Source of the DNA: an uncultured Planctomycetota bacterium
Lineage (GTDB): Bacteria; Planctomycetota; Planctomycetia; Isosphaerales; Isosphaeraceae
Direction: 5' to 3'
NCBI GenBank assembly: GCA_963737655.1
Contig: CAVTTN010000002.1
Location: 5,984,001 to 6,048,000 of the forward strand
Length of the DNA: 64,000 bases
Of the stretch, positions 22,077 to 34,238 are shown in pieces. How positions within the stretch are numbered: position 1 is the first letter of the stretch; every line of letters begins with the position of its first letter. The notes beneath the pieces were generated by a model, which saw only the letters and a program-made list of their open reading frames with translations, did not search any database and was not told the DNA's origin. A program made the translations under genes and the position numbers.

Positions 22077-23387
22077 GTGCCCCCGAGTGGATCGCCGATC
22101 GCCCTGGTCGCGGAGAGGCCCCCCGAGGCGTTCGAGCAGCTCGACGCCCCGGTTCGGGTCGTCTCCCTGCGCCTGTGGATGTTCCTGGGGGCGTCTCTGC
22201 TGACGCTGGGGTCGGTCGCGGCGTTCGCCACGCTGTACCAGGTCCCGCTGACGGTCCCGGGCCGGGGCATCCTCCTGGCCGGTCCGGGCGGGGGCGGCGA
22301 GAGCCTGCTCCAGGTCACCGCGCCGTCGTCGGGCCGGCTGACGACCGTCCTCACGGCCGTCGGCGCGACGGTCCGCGCCGGGGACACGATCGCCGAGATC
22401 GACCAGAAGGAGATCCGCGACGAGCTGGTGGCCGCCGAGGCCGACCTCGCCCGGCTCCGCGAGGAGGACCGCGAGCTCAGCCGCTTCGACCGGGCGGAGG
22501 AAGAGTCGCGGGCCTCGGCGCTGGCCAAGGTCGAGGAGGCCCTCCGCCGGACCATCGACATCGACCGCAATCGCCTGGCCGACTACCGGAGGATCGCCGC
22601 CGGGGACCGCAGCCTGAACCAGAAACGGCTCCTGAGCGACGCCGAGGCGTTGAGGTCCCGCGCCGAGGCCGACGCCATCGAGAGCGCCATCGGCTCGGGC
22701 GAGGCGAAGATGCAGGAGCTGGTCTTCGACCGCCTGAAGGACCAGACGACCCGCCGCCGCGAGAAGGTCCAGCGCGAGCTGGCCATCCATCGGACCGAGA
22801 TCGAGATCGGGCTGCTCCGGGACCGGCTCGACCGCGAGACCCGCCTGCTCTCGCCCCACGACGGCAAGGTGATCGACCTGCGGATCACCCCGCATGCCCT
22901 GGTGGAGAAGGGCTCGGTGGCGGCCCTGCTCCAGCCCCGGGCCCCGGCGGGCGCCGCGATGGAGGCGATCGTCTTCGTCCCGGCCGGCCGCGGCAAGAAG
23001 ATCCGGGTCGGCGACCCGGTCGAGATCCTGCCCGACACGGCGCTCCGGCAGGAGCAGGGGTTCATCCGGGGGGAGGTCCGCTCGATCTCCGAGATCCCCG
23101 CCACCGACGGCGCGATGCTCGCCGAGCTGAAGCATCCGGCGCTGGTGGCGCACTTCTCCGGCAAGGCCCCCGGCGAGGTCCTCCTGGGCCTCCGCGTGGC
23201 CCTGCCCGAGGCGACCCCGGGCGCGCAGGACTCGGGCCGGAGGAACCGCCTGGTCTGGTCGTCCCGGTCGGGGGCCTCGCACCCGCTGACCGCCGGGACG
23301 CTCTGCGGGGCCGACGTCGTCGTCGAGCATCGCCCTTTGATCGCCCTGGCCATGCCCTGGGTCAAGCACCTCCTCTCGATCGATTAG
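22077..23387 (+). CDS. NHLM-type bacteriocin secretion membrane-fusion protein (HlyD family)
   Basis: PEAFEQLD...V, TM, VPGRGILL, coiled coil, GKKIRVG, GFIRGEV, AGTLC...V. Confidence 0.88.
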   Translation: MPPSGSPIALVAERPPEAFEQLDAPVRVVSLRLWMFLGASLLTLGSVAAFATLYQVPLTVPGRGILLAGPGGGGESLLQVTAPSSGRLTTVLTAVGATVRAGDTIAEIDQKEIRDELVAAEADLARLREEDRELSRFDRAEEESRASALAKVEEALRRTIDIDRNRLADYRRIAAGDRSLNQKRLLSDAEALRSRAEADAIESAIGSGEAKMQELVFDRLKDQTTRRREKVQRELAIHRTEIEIGLLRDRLDRETRLLSPHDGKVIDLRITPHALVEKGSVAALLQPRAPAGAAMEAIVFVPAGRGKKIRVGDPVEILPDTALRQEQGFIRGEVRSISEIPATDGAMLAELKHPALVAHFSGKAPGEVLLGLRVALPEATPGAQDSGRRNRLVWSSRSGASHPLTAGTLCGADVVVEHRPLIALAMPWVKHLLSID

Positions 23388-23410
23388 TTCGAGCCACTTC
23401 CTCCAGGACG

Positions 23411-26400
23411 ATGCCCATGTCCTCCGGGCGGGCCAGACGATTTCGGAGGGTCCGGACCCCGGCCTACCTCCAGATGGAGGCCACGGAGTGCGGCGCCGCG
23501 TCCCTGGGCATCCTCCTGGAGTATTTCGGCCGGTACGTCCCCCTGGAGGAATTGCGGGTCGAGTGCCGGGTCTCCCGGGACGGCAGCAACGCCCTGTTCA
23601 TCAAGAAGACCGGCGAGAAGTACGGCCTGACGGGCAAGGGGATGAAGGCGACGGCCGAGGCCCTCCGCGGCCTGAAGCCCCCGTTCATGGCCTTCTGGGA
23701 GATGAACCACTTCCTCGTCGTCGAGGGGTTCGCCGGCGGTCGCGTGTTCCTGAACGACCCGGCGACCGGCCGGAGGTCGATCGGCGAGGCGGAGTTCCGG
23801 GAGTCGTACTCCGGGATCGCCTTCCGGTTCGAGCCCGGGCCGTCGTTCCGCAAGGGGGGCAAGCGGCCCGGCCTCTTCCGGGCGATCGCCTCCCGGGCGG
23901 CCCCGGTCCGGGCGGCGATCCTCTTCGCGGTCCTCGCCGGGTTGGCGCTGGCCATCGCCGACTTGGTCGCGTCGTCCTTCCCGCTGGTGTTCATCGACGG
24001 GGTGCTGGTGGCCGGGCGATGGCGATGGGTCCGGCCCCTGGTCGCGGCGATCGGCCTGACGGCCGTGTTCCGCCTCCTGGTCCGCGGGTCGCTCCTGAGG
24101 ACGATGAGGGGCGTCCAGGCCGGGCTGGCGTCGGCCCAGTCGGCGAAGTTCCTCTGGCACGTCCTGCGCCTGCCCGTGGCCTTCTTCCAGCACCGCTACG
24201 CCGGGGAGGTCGCCGGGCGGATCGACGGCAACTCGGCGGTCGCCAACCTGATCACCGGCCAGCTCGCCTCGACGCTCCTCGGGTTCCTCATGATCGCCCT
24301 GTTCGCCGCGATCATGGCGGCCATCGACCCGGCCCTGGCCGCCGTGGGGGTGGTCAGCGGGTCCTGAACCTGGTCGGCATCGGCCTGTCCCGGAGATACC
24401 TGACCGACGACGCCCTGAAGGCCGAGCGGTTCCGGGGCCGCCTCTTCGGGGCGATGACCCGGTCGATCCAGATCATCGAGACGATCAAGGCCGGGGGGAC
24501 CGAGCAGGACGCGTTCGTCCGCCTGACGGGCAACCAGGCGAGGATCACCAACGCCTCGCAGAGGATCGGGGCCGTGGGGGCGGCCCTCGGCGTCCTCCCG
24601 CCGTTCCTGTCGCTCCTGACCACGGCGTCCCTGCTCTGGATCGGCGGCGGCCGGGTCGTCGAGGGCGTGATGAGCGTCGGCGTGATGGTCGCCTTCCAGG
24701 CGATCGTGGCCCAGTACCTCGGCCCGTTCGCCGGGATCGTCCAGCTCGGGTCGAGCGTCCAGGCGCTCCGGGCGGAGCTCGACCGGATCGACGACGTCCG
24801 CCGCCACCCGATCGACCCGGTCTTCACCCCGACCGCGTCGGGAGGGCCTTCGGAGGAGCCGGGCGGGCCGCCCCCTCGCCGGCTCTCGGGGCACCTGGAA
24901 TTCCGGGACGTCACCTTCGGCTTCAACCGGACGGTGGACGAGCCGTTGATCGATCGCCTGTCGCTGGAGGTCCGACCCGGGAGCCGGGTGGCGCTGGTCG
25001 GGACCTCCGGCAGCGGCAAGTCGACGATCGGGAGGCTGGCCGCCGGGCTCGATCAGCCCTGGAGCGGCGAGGTCCTCCTCGACGGCCGCCCGCTCCGCGA
25101 GATCCCCCGAGACGTGCTGACCGACGGGGTCGCGATGATCGACGACCAGTCCTTCCTGTTCCGGGGGACGGTCCGCGACAACCTGACGCTCTGGGACGAC
25201 ACGATCCCCGACCGCGACCTGACCCGCGCGGCGATGGACGCCCGGATCCACGCCGACCTCATGGCCCGCCCGGGCGGGTATCACTCCGGGCTCCAGGAGG
25301 GGGCGAGGAACCTCTCGGGCGGGCAGAGGCAGAGGGTCGAGATCGCCCGGGCCCTGGTCCGCCATCCCGCCCTGCTGATCCTCGACGAGGCGACCAGCGC
25401 CCTGGACCCGGTGACCGAGGCGTTCGTGGACGACAACCTCCGCCGCCGGGGCTGCGCCTGCCTGATCATCGCCCACCGCCTGAGCACGATCCGCGACTGC
25501 GACGAGATCCTCGTCCTCCGCCAGGGGCGGGTGATCCAGAGGGGGACCCACGACGCCCTGATGGCCGACGTCGACGGCTTCTATCACGAGCTCCAGACGC
25601 TCCAGGACGCCGACGGGTCGGCCGAGGAACCCGGCCTCGGGCCCGCCGGGAGGGGGCGTCCCGCCGCGCCTCCGGCGCTCAACGGCACCCACTCCGCGGC
25701 CCGGGGCCATTCGGACGGCCACCCCGCCGCGGCCCTCGCCCTGGAAGCTTCGGCCTCGGCCTCGGCCACGGCGGTGGCGGACGACCCGGAGGCCGAGGCC
25801 GGTAGTCTGATGGAGTCGCTGGCCGAGGGGGCCCGGATCGTCGAGACGTCCGGCAACCGGCCGCTGCCCCTGGACGAGCCCGGGGCGGTCTGGGTGGTGG
25901 TCTCGGGCCGGGTGGACGTCTTCTCCCTCCACCCGGACGCCCGCGGGGGGCCGCCGGGCCGCCGCCATTTCTGCCGGGTCGAGGAGGGCGGGGCGATCTT
26001 CGGGCTCGAAGGCGTCCGGGGGGAGGGCCACGGGGGGCTCCTGGCCGTCGGCGTCGGCCCGGCGAGGCTCCGCCGGTTCGCCGGCGCGGAGCTGATCCGA
26101 TCGAGCTTCGAGCCGGCCTGGCGGTCGGACGTGGCGGCCCTGCTCGACGACTGGATCGACCGGGTCAGCCGGGCGACCGCCTCGGGCGACCCGCCGTCGT
26201 CCTCGACCCGCCTCGAACCCGACGACCTCGCCGCCGTCGAGGCCGGACGGCCCGTGACGCCGAGGAGCCGGGTCCTCTGGGTCCGGCAGGGGGACGCGGA
26301 CCTGGCCTTCCTCGGGTCAATCCACGTGGCGCCATGCGACCACGGGTCCCGGTTCCCCCTGTCCCCGCACGCCTGGGCGAGCGCGGAGGGGCCGGCGGCC

Positions 26401-28707
26401 CTCCGGCCCTGCGACACCGAGTCCCTGATCGAGAACGGCGACCCCTGGCTCGGGCTCCGGCGATTCCACCGGGCGGTCCTCGACGCCCTGGCCGCCTCCC
26501 GGGACGAGGCGGAGGCGTCCGCCCTGGCCCGCCGGGCCCTGGCGGCCCGGCGCGACGAGGCGAGGATGGCCGAGTCGGTCGCCCTCCTGGCCCGGCCCTC
26601 GGGGCCGTCCCCCCGGTCCCGGCGACGGACGCCCGGCGATGAGGCCCCGAGGGTCGCGGCCTGTCGCGCGGTGGCCGAGTCCCTCGGGTGCGACGCGGCG
26701 GCCCCGGTCCCGGACGGCGCCCCCCTGCCCCAGGTCGCCCGGTCCCTGGGCCTCCTGACGAGGAGGGTCCGCCTGCCCCTGGGCTGGTGGCGGGCCGAGG
26801 GCGGCCCCCTCCTCGCGGCCCGGGGCGACGAGGCCCGGCCGGTCGCCCTCCTGCCCGGCCCCGGCGGCCGATACACGATCGTCGACCCCTCGGACGGGAC
26901 CGAGGGGCCTTTGACCGAGGCGTCGGCCCGCTCGATCGGGGCGTCGGCCGTGGCGTTCTATCGCACCTTGCGGATCGAGCGGCCCTCGCTCGGCGAGCTC
27001 TTCCGCTTCGCCCTGCCGACCTTCCGCAAGGAGCTGAGGATCGTCCTGGTGCTGGGCCTCGTCGCCGGCCTCCTGGGCCTGGTGCTGCCCTATGCGTCGG
27101 CTGTGGCCATCGACGACGCCATCCCCAGGGCCGACCGTCGGCGGCTGGGCGTCCTGTGCGGGTTCCTGGTGGCCATCGGGACGGCCGTGGCCCTGTTCCA
27201 GGCGATCCAGGGCCTGGCGATGGCCCGGGTCCGCGCCCGCCTGGAATCGGACCTCCTGCCGGCGGTCTGGGACCGGCTCCTGAACCTCCCGGCGCGGTTC
27301 TTCTCGGGCTACGAGTCGGGCGACCTGGCCCTCCGGGCGATGGGTCTGGCGAACGCCGTGGGGGTGATGGCCACCACGCCTTTGGTCTCGATGCTCGTGG
27401 GCGCCTTCTCGCTCCTGAACCTCGCGGCACTCTTCGCGATCGACGGGAGGATGGCCCTGGTGGCCGTCGCCCTGATCGCGCTGTCCCCGGTCGCGACCCT
27501 CCTGGCGATGAGGCCGCTGGGCCGGCTCCGTCACGAGATCGCCCGGTCCCAGGGGGAGATCGCGGGCCTCCTGGTCCCCATGCTCGGCGGGATCGCCCGG
27601 CTGAGGGTCGCCGGGGCCGAGGGCCGGGCCTTCGCCCGCTGGGCCGAGAAGTACCGGCGGCAGCTCGGCCTGATGCTGGAATTCCAGGGGCTGGCCGACC
27701 GCCTCGCCCTGTTCCAGGACGCCTGGCCCCTGGTCCTCCTGATGGCCGTGCTCGCCTCCGCGAGCCTCCTGGGCGAGGGCACCCTGTCCGTCGGGCAGTT
27801 CCTGGCGTTCAACCTGGCGCTGGGCCAGGGCGTGGGCGCGGTCCTCGGGCTGGGCCGATCGGCCTCGGCCCTCCTCGACGCCCGGGAGCAGTACCGACGA
27901 TTCGCGCCGATCCTGGAGGCCGCCCCGGAAGGGATTGAGGGACCTTCGGAGGCCGTCGTCCTCGGCGGGTCGATCCGCCTGGGGGACGTCTCCTTCCGGT
28001 ATTCGGAGGACGGCCCCCTGGTGCTCGACAAGGTGGACATCCAGGCCCGGCCCGGCGAGTTCGTGGCGATCGTGGGGCCGTCGGGTTCGGGCAAGAGCAC
28101 CCTGCTCCGCCTCCTCCTGGGGTTCGAAGCCCCGAGCGAAGGGGTGGTCGCCTACGACGGCCGGGAGCTCGCCACCCTGGACGCCCGGGACGTCCGCCGC
28201 CAGGTCGGCACGGTCCTCCAGGACGCGCAGCTGACCCCGGGCGACCTGCTCACGAACATCGTGGGCCTGTCCTCCGGCCTGGGCCACGCCGAGGCGATGG
28301 AGGCGGCCCGCCTGGCCGGCCTGGCCGACGATATCGAGCAGATGCCGATGGGCCTCCATACGCTCGTGGGCGAATCCGGGGGCGGCCTCTCCAGCGGCCA
28401 GCGCCAGCGCCTCCTGATCGCCCGGGCGGTCGTCGGCCGGCCGAGGGTCCTCCTCTTCGACGAGGCGACCAGCGCCCTGGACAACCGCACCCAGCAGCAC
28501 GTCGCTCGGGGCCTCCGCGACGGGCTCCGGGGGACGACTCGCGTCGTGATCGCCCACCGCCTGAGCACGATCGTCGAGGCCGATCGGATCTACGTCCTCG
28601 CCGGGGGCAAGGTCGTCCAGGCCGGGACGTATTCGCAGATGATCCGGGTCCCCGGGGCCTTCCGCGACCTGGCGAGGCGCCAGCAGCTCATCCCCGAGAG
28701 CCTTTGA
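23411..28707 (+). CDS. NHLM-type C39 peptidase/ABC exporter apparently fused to the second NHLM ABC transporter (about 1765 aa; frameshift near 24360)
   Basis: QMEATECGAASL, NHFLVV, NDPA; two Walker A motifs (GTSGSGKS, GPSGSGKS) and two signatures (LSGGQ, LSSGQ); no stop from 24361 to 28707. Confidence 0.85.
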
Positions 28708-29282
28708 CGAGGGGGACGGACCCCGGAAGGCCCGCCGCCCTCCGGCCCTGGCCTCGACCCCCGGCGGGCCGTTCGTGCGGGGCCGGCCCGGTCGAGACGG
28801 GTCGCGGACCCGGTCGTCGGCTTCCCTGCCGCGGCCGGAGACGGTCGATTGGTGAGGTGGGTGCCGAATCGGCATCCGGGGAGCGAGCGGCCCGGATCGT
28901 CGGCCTCGGCGGGCGAGGGAAGCGACAAGCGGTCGGTGGCCATGACGCCCACGCACCGGAAGGCCGACCTCGACCTCACGGGCGGCCTCGCCGTCCTGGC
29001 GATCGCCCAGATCCCCTCAGACGAGCGGAAGGAGGGCAGGCTTTCCGGGCCGATATCGACGCCTTGCTGAACGGGACTGAGTGGTGGGGGATCGACGGCT
29101 CCCCCAGGGCGGATGGATGGCCGCCACCGGGCGTGGCGCGGAGCCTCCGGGATGGCCACTCCGATCGAGGGAGGGATCGGCGAATTTCCCGCCCTGCGTG
29201 GAGTGCCCAGGTGGCGGACGATCGGCGGCCGGGGCGGCTCGATCGCAGCGGGCGACGTCCGCGACGTCCGCCCGCCCGGCGG

Positions 29283-32200
29283 TTATCGCGTCGTGGCGGC
29301 CCGCTGGATGAGGGATTCCAGGTCGCGCCAGAAATCCTGCCAGGCGCGACGCTCGGCGGCGGGGAGCCGGGCGAGGGCGTGCTCGTCGCGGACGAGGTAG
29401 AGGTCGGCCTCGGACAGCCAGGGGGTCAACCGCTCCCGCGCGACTCGACGGGCCTCCGCGTCGCCGCCGATCACCCGGCTGGCCCACGAATCGAGGTCGG
29501 TGCGGAGCCATCGCAGCGCCTGATCCCGCCGGCGTCGGCGTTCGGCCTCGGTCAGGCCGGCGGCGTCGGCGCCCCCGCCGCAGCCGGCGAGTGCGGCCAG
29601 CCGGGCGGACGGGTAGTGCCCTCCGCCGTCGATGTCCGCGAACGATTTCGGATCGGCCTCGACCGCCTCGGCCTGGAGGCGAGACGCGGCGACGACGAGG
29701 TTCCTCGCCAGGCACGACCCGATCAGGGCCCGTCGCTCCTCCGGGCCTCGCGGTCGGAGGTCCCCCGCCAGGAGCGCCGGCAGGTCGGGCAGGATCAGGG
29801 CCTCGGCCTCGCGGCGGAGGGCGTGGAAGATCCAGGCCTCGCGGTCGCGCGCCTGGGTCGGTCGCCAGTCGAACGCGGAGGTGGTCGCCGCCAGGGTCGC
29901 GAGGGCCCGGTCCTCTTGGCCGAGGCGATCCTGGGCCATCGCCAGCAGGAGCTGCGGGCCCGGGACCAGCACCTCGGAGGTCGGGCCGTTCAGGATGGCG
30001 GTCGCCTCGTCGAAATGGCCCGCCCGATACTCGGCCAGGGCCTTGACGAACAGGAAATACGGGTGGGTCCATTCCTGACGCCCCCGGCCCGATTCGACGG
30101 CGAAATCCGCGAGCGCGGTCGCCCGTCTCGCCTCCTCGGCGGAGCCGGGCAGGAGCAGGCAGGTCCGGCCGACGTGCTCGGCGTCGCGGGGCTGCCCGCC
30201 GGGCTTGACGTGATCGAGGAGGACGCCCCGGGCCCGGCGATACTCGTCCCGATCCCCGAGGAAGAGGCAGAACTCGGCGTAGCCGTCCCAGGCGTCGAGG
30301 GCGAAGGGCCCGCCGTCGAGTTCTTTGCGCCATCCGCGCCGGATCTCTTCCCCCGTCCCGAAGCGATGCCGAGGCGCCGCCACCAACCCGCGGCCGCCGG
30401 CGCGGCGTCGGGCATCGCCATCGCCTTCTGAAAAAGGAGGAACGCCTCTTCGGTCCGGCCCGTCTGGGCGAGGGCGTAGCCGAGGAACGGGTAAGCGCGA
30501 TCATCCTCGGGGGCGAGCCGGATCGCCTCGCGGTAGGACGCGATCGCCTCGTCGAACCGCCCCAGGCTCAACAGGGAGGTGCCGAGATTCTGGTGGACCC
30601 AGTGGACGCCCGGGCGGAGGGCGATGGCCGCCTGGTAGTAGCGGAGCGCCTCCGACGAATTGCCGACTTCTTCCAGGGTGCGGGCGAGGAACGTGTTGAT
30701 CAGCAGGTCGTCCGGATGCTGCCGCACGGCCCTCTCCATCAGCGCGATCCAGGCCCCGGTCTCCTGCGGATGCGGTCGCCGAGGGCCAGCACCAGCGACA
30801 CCGACAGCCGGGCGAGGTCGGCCTCGTCGGACAGCGTCTTCATCGCCGGGAGATCCCACCAGATCCTCGGGTCGCGGAACCGGTCGCGCCAGCCGGTCGG
30901 GTCGGGGTCGGCCTGGCGGGCGACCTCCAGCAGCCAGGCGAGGCGTCCCCTGTCGGGCCGATAGGCGGCGAAGTTCGCCCAGTCGTCCAGGCCGTCCACG
31001 AGCGCCTGGCGGATCTCGGACGCCCGGATCCGGGCCGCGGCGAGGCCCGGATCGCCGCCGACCTCGCCGAGCACGCTCCCCCGGAAGGCCGCTTCATAGG
31101 GGGCTTCCAGATCGGCGCCGTCCTTCCGGAGACGGATCGCGTCCTTGATCCGGGCGTCCTCCAGGGCCAGGGCCGTCCTCTGGTCTCGTTCGGCCCGGTC
31201 CAGCAGGGCGGCGACCTCGGCATCGACGCCATTGCCCAGGCGGATCTTCGCCCTCTGGAGGGCCGCGCCCGACTCGGCCCAGGACGATCGGCGCTGGTGG
31301 CGGACGGTCTCGCGCAGGTCGTCCCTCACGGCCCGCAGGGTCGCCTCCCGCTCCAGGAAGAGCCTGGCCCCGCCGCCGCCCAGGATCATGGCGAGCACGA
31401 GGCTCGCGCCGAGCAGCGAGGCCAGCGCGGGCCGGCGTCGCACCCACTTGCCGGCGCGTTCCAGGGGGCCGACCGGCCTGGCCAGGATCGGCTCGCCCCG
31501 GCCGAAGCGGAGCAGGTCCCTCCGGAGTTCCTCGGCCGAGTGGTAGCGCCGCGACGGGTTCTTGTGGAGGCACTTCAGGCAGATCGTCTCCAGGTCGCGC
31601 GGCACCTTCGAGTTGAGGCGCGAGGGCGGTACGGGCTCGTCGGCGACGACCTGCCGCTCGGTCTCGGCGGCCGTGACGCCCCGGAAGGGCGGCCGGCCGG
31701 TCAGGGCCTCGAAGAGCAGGGCGCCCAGCGCGTAGACGTCGACGGCCGGCCTCAGCGCCGCGGCCGTCCCGAGGGCCTGCTCGGGGGCCATGTAGCTCGG
31801 GGTCCCGACCCGGGCCCCGCTGATCGTGATCGCCGGCCCGGCCTCCAGCCGCCGGGCCAGGCCGAAGTCGCCGACCTTGGCGGTGCCGTCGGCCTGGAGC
31901 AGGATGTTCGCCGGCTTGAGGTCGCGGTGGACGATCCCCCGCTGGTGGGCGTGCTCGACGGCGCCCGCCAGCGTGGCCACCAGCTCGGCCGACCGCCGGG
32001 CGGTCCAGGGCGCGCCCTGCAACTGCTGGGCGAGGCTCCCCCCCTCGACGAATTCCATCGTGAAGTAGGGCAGGCCGGCGCAGTCGCCCACGTCGAAGAC
32101 CTGCACGATGTTCGGGTGCCGGAGGCTCGCCACCGCCTCGGCCTCGCGGGCGAACCGCGCACGCTCCGCCGCCCCGGGATGGTCGCCGGAGCGCATCATC

Positions 32201-32526
32201 TTGATGGCCACCGTGCGATTGAGCGTCTCGTGACGGGCCCGGTACACCACGCCCATCCCGCCGGCGCCGAGGACCGCCTCCACCGCGTAGCCGGCGATCC
32301 TCGGGAGGTCGTCGCCCCGCCACGGCCGGTCGGCGCCGAGGTGATCCTGCGTCGAGTCGTGCCGGGGGAAGATGTCGTCCAGCGCGGCCTCGACCTGGTG
32401 GAACCGCTCCCAGCGCTCGCGGACGAGGGGCAGGAGCTCCGGGTCATCGATGCATACGGCCTCGGGCGGGAGCCCCGACTCCAGGGCGTCCTCGACCAGC
32501 TCCCTGATGCGAACGTCATCGGGCAT
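29283..32526 (-). CDS. Ser/Thr kinase with TM and TPR repeats (frameshifts near 30770 and 30390)
   Basis: GAGGMGVVY, HRDLKPAN, DFG, GTPSYMAPE; TPR (EAIASYREAIRLAP); terminal W..FW motif. Confidence 0.9.
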
Positions 32527-32552
32527 CGCTCCGCCTCCCGCCCCGGGGCCGT

Positions 32553-33179
32553 TCAATCTCCCCGCGATTCGTCGGCCGGGACGGCCTCGGGCCGGAGGTC
32601 GGCCAGGGCCTCCCCCAGCGAGAGCACCCCCGCGTTCAAACGGCGCTGCACCGTCTTCGCGGAGACGCCGAGCAGGCCGGCCACCTCGACCTGCGACAGC
32701 CCCTGGACCCGGACCAGGTCGAACACCTCGCGGACCTCCTCGGGGAGCGCCTCGATGGCCGCCAGGATGCGGAGGGCGTCCGGGCCGAGGGCCGAGCCGC
32801 TGCTCTGGGCCGCGGTCACCAGCCCCTCGCGCATCTCGACGGCCCCCGGCTCCTCATCTAGGCGTCGGGCCAGGTCATTCAGCTCCCAGCGCATGTGCCG
32901 GTTGGCCAGCGCGAAGAACTGCCGGACGGTCGCGGGCCGGACGTCGCGCATGGCCTTCAGCAGCCGTTCCACCACGGCGTCGAGCAGGTCGTCCGCCTCC
33001 AGGTTCATCGGCGGCCGGGCCAGTCGCGGATAGCTGCGGAGCAGGAGGCTGGCGCAAAGGATCCGGAGGCGGCCCACGGCGCGGTCCAGCAGCGCCCGGA
33101 TGACGGGGTCGGCCGGCCCGCCGTCGGCCAGCGCGACCAGGTAGCGGCCGACGGCGGCGGTCGTGTGATCCTCGCTCAT
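32553..33179 (-). CDS. ECF sigma-70 factor (kinase-associated)
   Basis: HTTAAVGRYL, RQFFALANRHMRWELNDLARR, LPEEVREVFDL...GLSQVEVAGLLGVSAKTVQRRL. Confidence 0.9.
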   Translation of the reverse strand: MSEDHTTAAVGRYLVALADGGPADPVIRALLDRAVGRLRILCASLLLRSYPRLARPPMNLEADDLLDAVVERLLKAMRDVRPATVRQFFALANRHMRWELNDLARRLDEEPGAVEMREGLVTAAQSSGSALGPDALRILAAIEALPEEVREVFDLVRVQGLSQVEVAGLLGVSAKTVQRRLNAGVLSLGEALADLRPEAVPADESRGD

Positions 33180-33377
33180 GACGGCCTTCCTGCGGGTGCA
33201 TGCGCGATCTCCCGCCCCGATGCTATCCGGTCCCCTGTCCACCCGCCACGCTCAAACAGGGCGGCGAGGCGAGAGGGGCGGCGATCGCGGTGGTCGGCCC
33301 CGCCCGCCGCCTGTGCCCGGGTGGCGCGTGACCGTGAACGCCCGCCGCGCCGGCCCAGACGGAGGGAGGGACGTCCG

Positions 33378-34079
33378 ATGGTCAGGATCGACGGCCTGTT
33401 CGAGACGGCGGCGCGGCTGGACCGCGCGGGAATCCTCGCGACGCGCGCCGGGCTCGTCGTCGTGCTGGTCTGGATCGGCGGCCTGAAGGCCTACCGCTAC
33501 GAGGACGAGGGGATCGTCCCCTACGTCGCCAACAGCCCCTGGATGAGCTTCTTCTACCGGCGGCCCGCCCCGGAGTATCGCCGGCACATGAACCGGGAGG
33601 GGGAACTGGTCCCCGCCAACCGCGAGTGGCACGAGCGGAACGGGACGTATCCGTTCGCCCGAGGGCTCGGCGCGGTGATCGTGGCCCTCGGGCTGATGAT
33701 CGCGGTGCATCCCCGGCTGCCGAGGGTCGCGGCCGTCGGCAGCTTCCTGGTCGCCGGGATGCCGCTCGTGACCCTGTCGTTCCTCGTCACCACGCCCGAG
33801 TGCTGGGTGCCGCCGCCGGGCAGCCCGGGGCACGGCTTCCCGAGGCTCTCCGGGTCCGGCCGACTGATCATCAAGGACGCCATCATGATGGGCGCGGCGA
33901 TCGTGACGATGGCCGACTCGGCGAGGGCCGCCCTGCGCGAGGCGGCCAGGGGTTCGCGAGCCACCGCCCGCGGGAGCGAGTCGCGGAAAATCCCCGTCGA
34001 TGAGAACGTCGTCCCGTCCGCATCCGCCGCTCTCACCGCACACCCCTCCGAACCGAACCGGAGGGGCGCATCCCGATGA
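33378..34079 (+). CDS. rclC: DUF417/YkgB (RclC-like) inner membrane protein
   Basis: VWIGGLK..YEDEGIVPYVANSPWMSF, TLSFLVTTPE, LSGSGRLIIKD. Confidence 0.8.
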   Translation: MVRIDGLFETAARLDRAGILATRAGLVVVLVWIGGLKAYRYEDEGIVPYVANSPWMSFFYRRPAPEYRRHMNREGELVPANREWHERNGTYPFARGLGAVIVALGLMIAVHPRLPRVAAVGSFLVAGMPLVTLSFLVTTPECWVPPPGSPGHGFPRLSGSGRLIIKDAIMMGAAIVTMADSARAALREAARGSRATARGSESRKIPVDENVVPSASAALTAHPSEPNRRGASR

Positions 34080-34238
34080 CAACGACCCCGGGACCGGCCC
34101 TCCGCCCGTCGGCGTCGTGCCCGACTCGCCGTTCGGGATCGGTGCCGGCCGCCTGGCCGCGACCCGCTCCGCGCATCGGGCGTCGTGGTCAACTTCCATG
34201 AGTCGCGAAGTCAATGCTAAATTAGAGGAGTATTCAAA

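Noticed and set aside
28710..29280. Small ORFs or ncRNA between the exporter and the second kinase
   Set aside because: No convincing RBS, motif or recognisable RNA structure
15832..32526. Flanking kinases as class III/IV lanthipeptide synthetases for the Thr-rich peptide
   Set aside because: No lyase or LanC-like domain; they are TM signalling kinases and the core has no Cys
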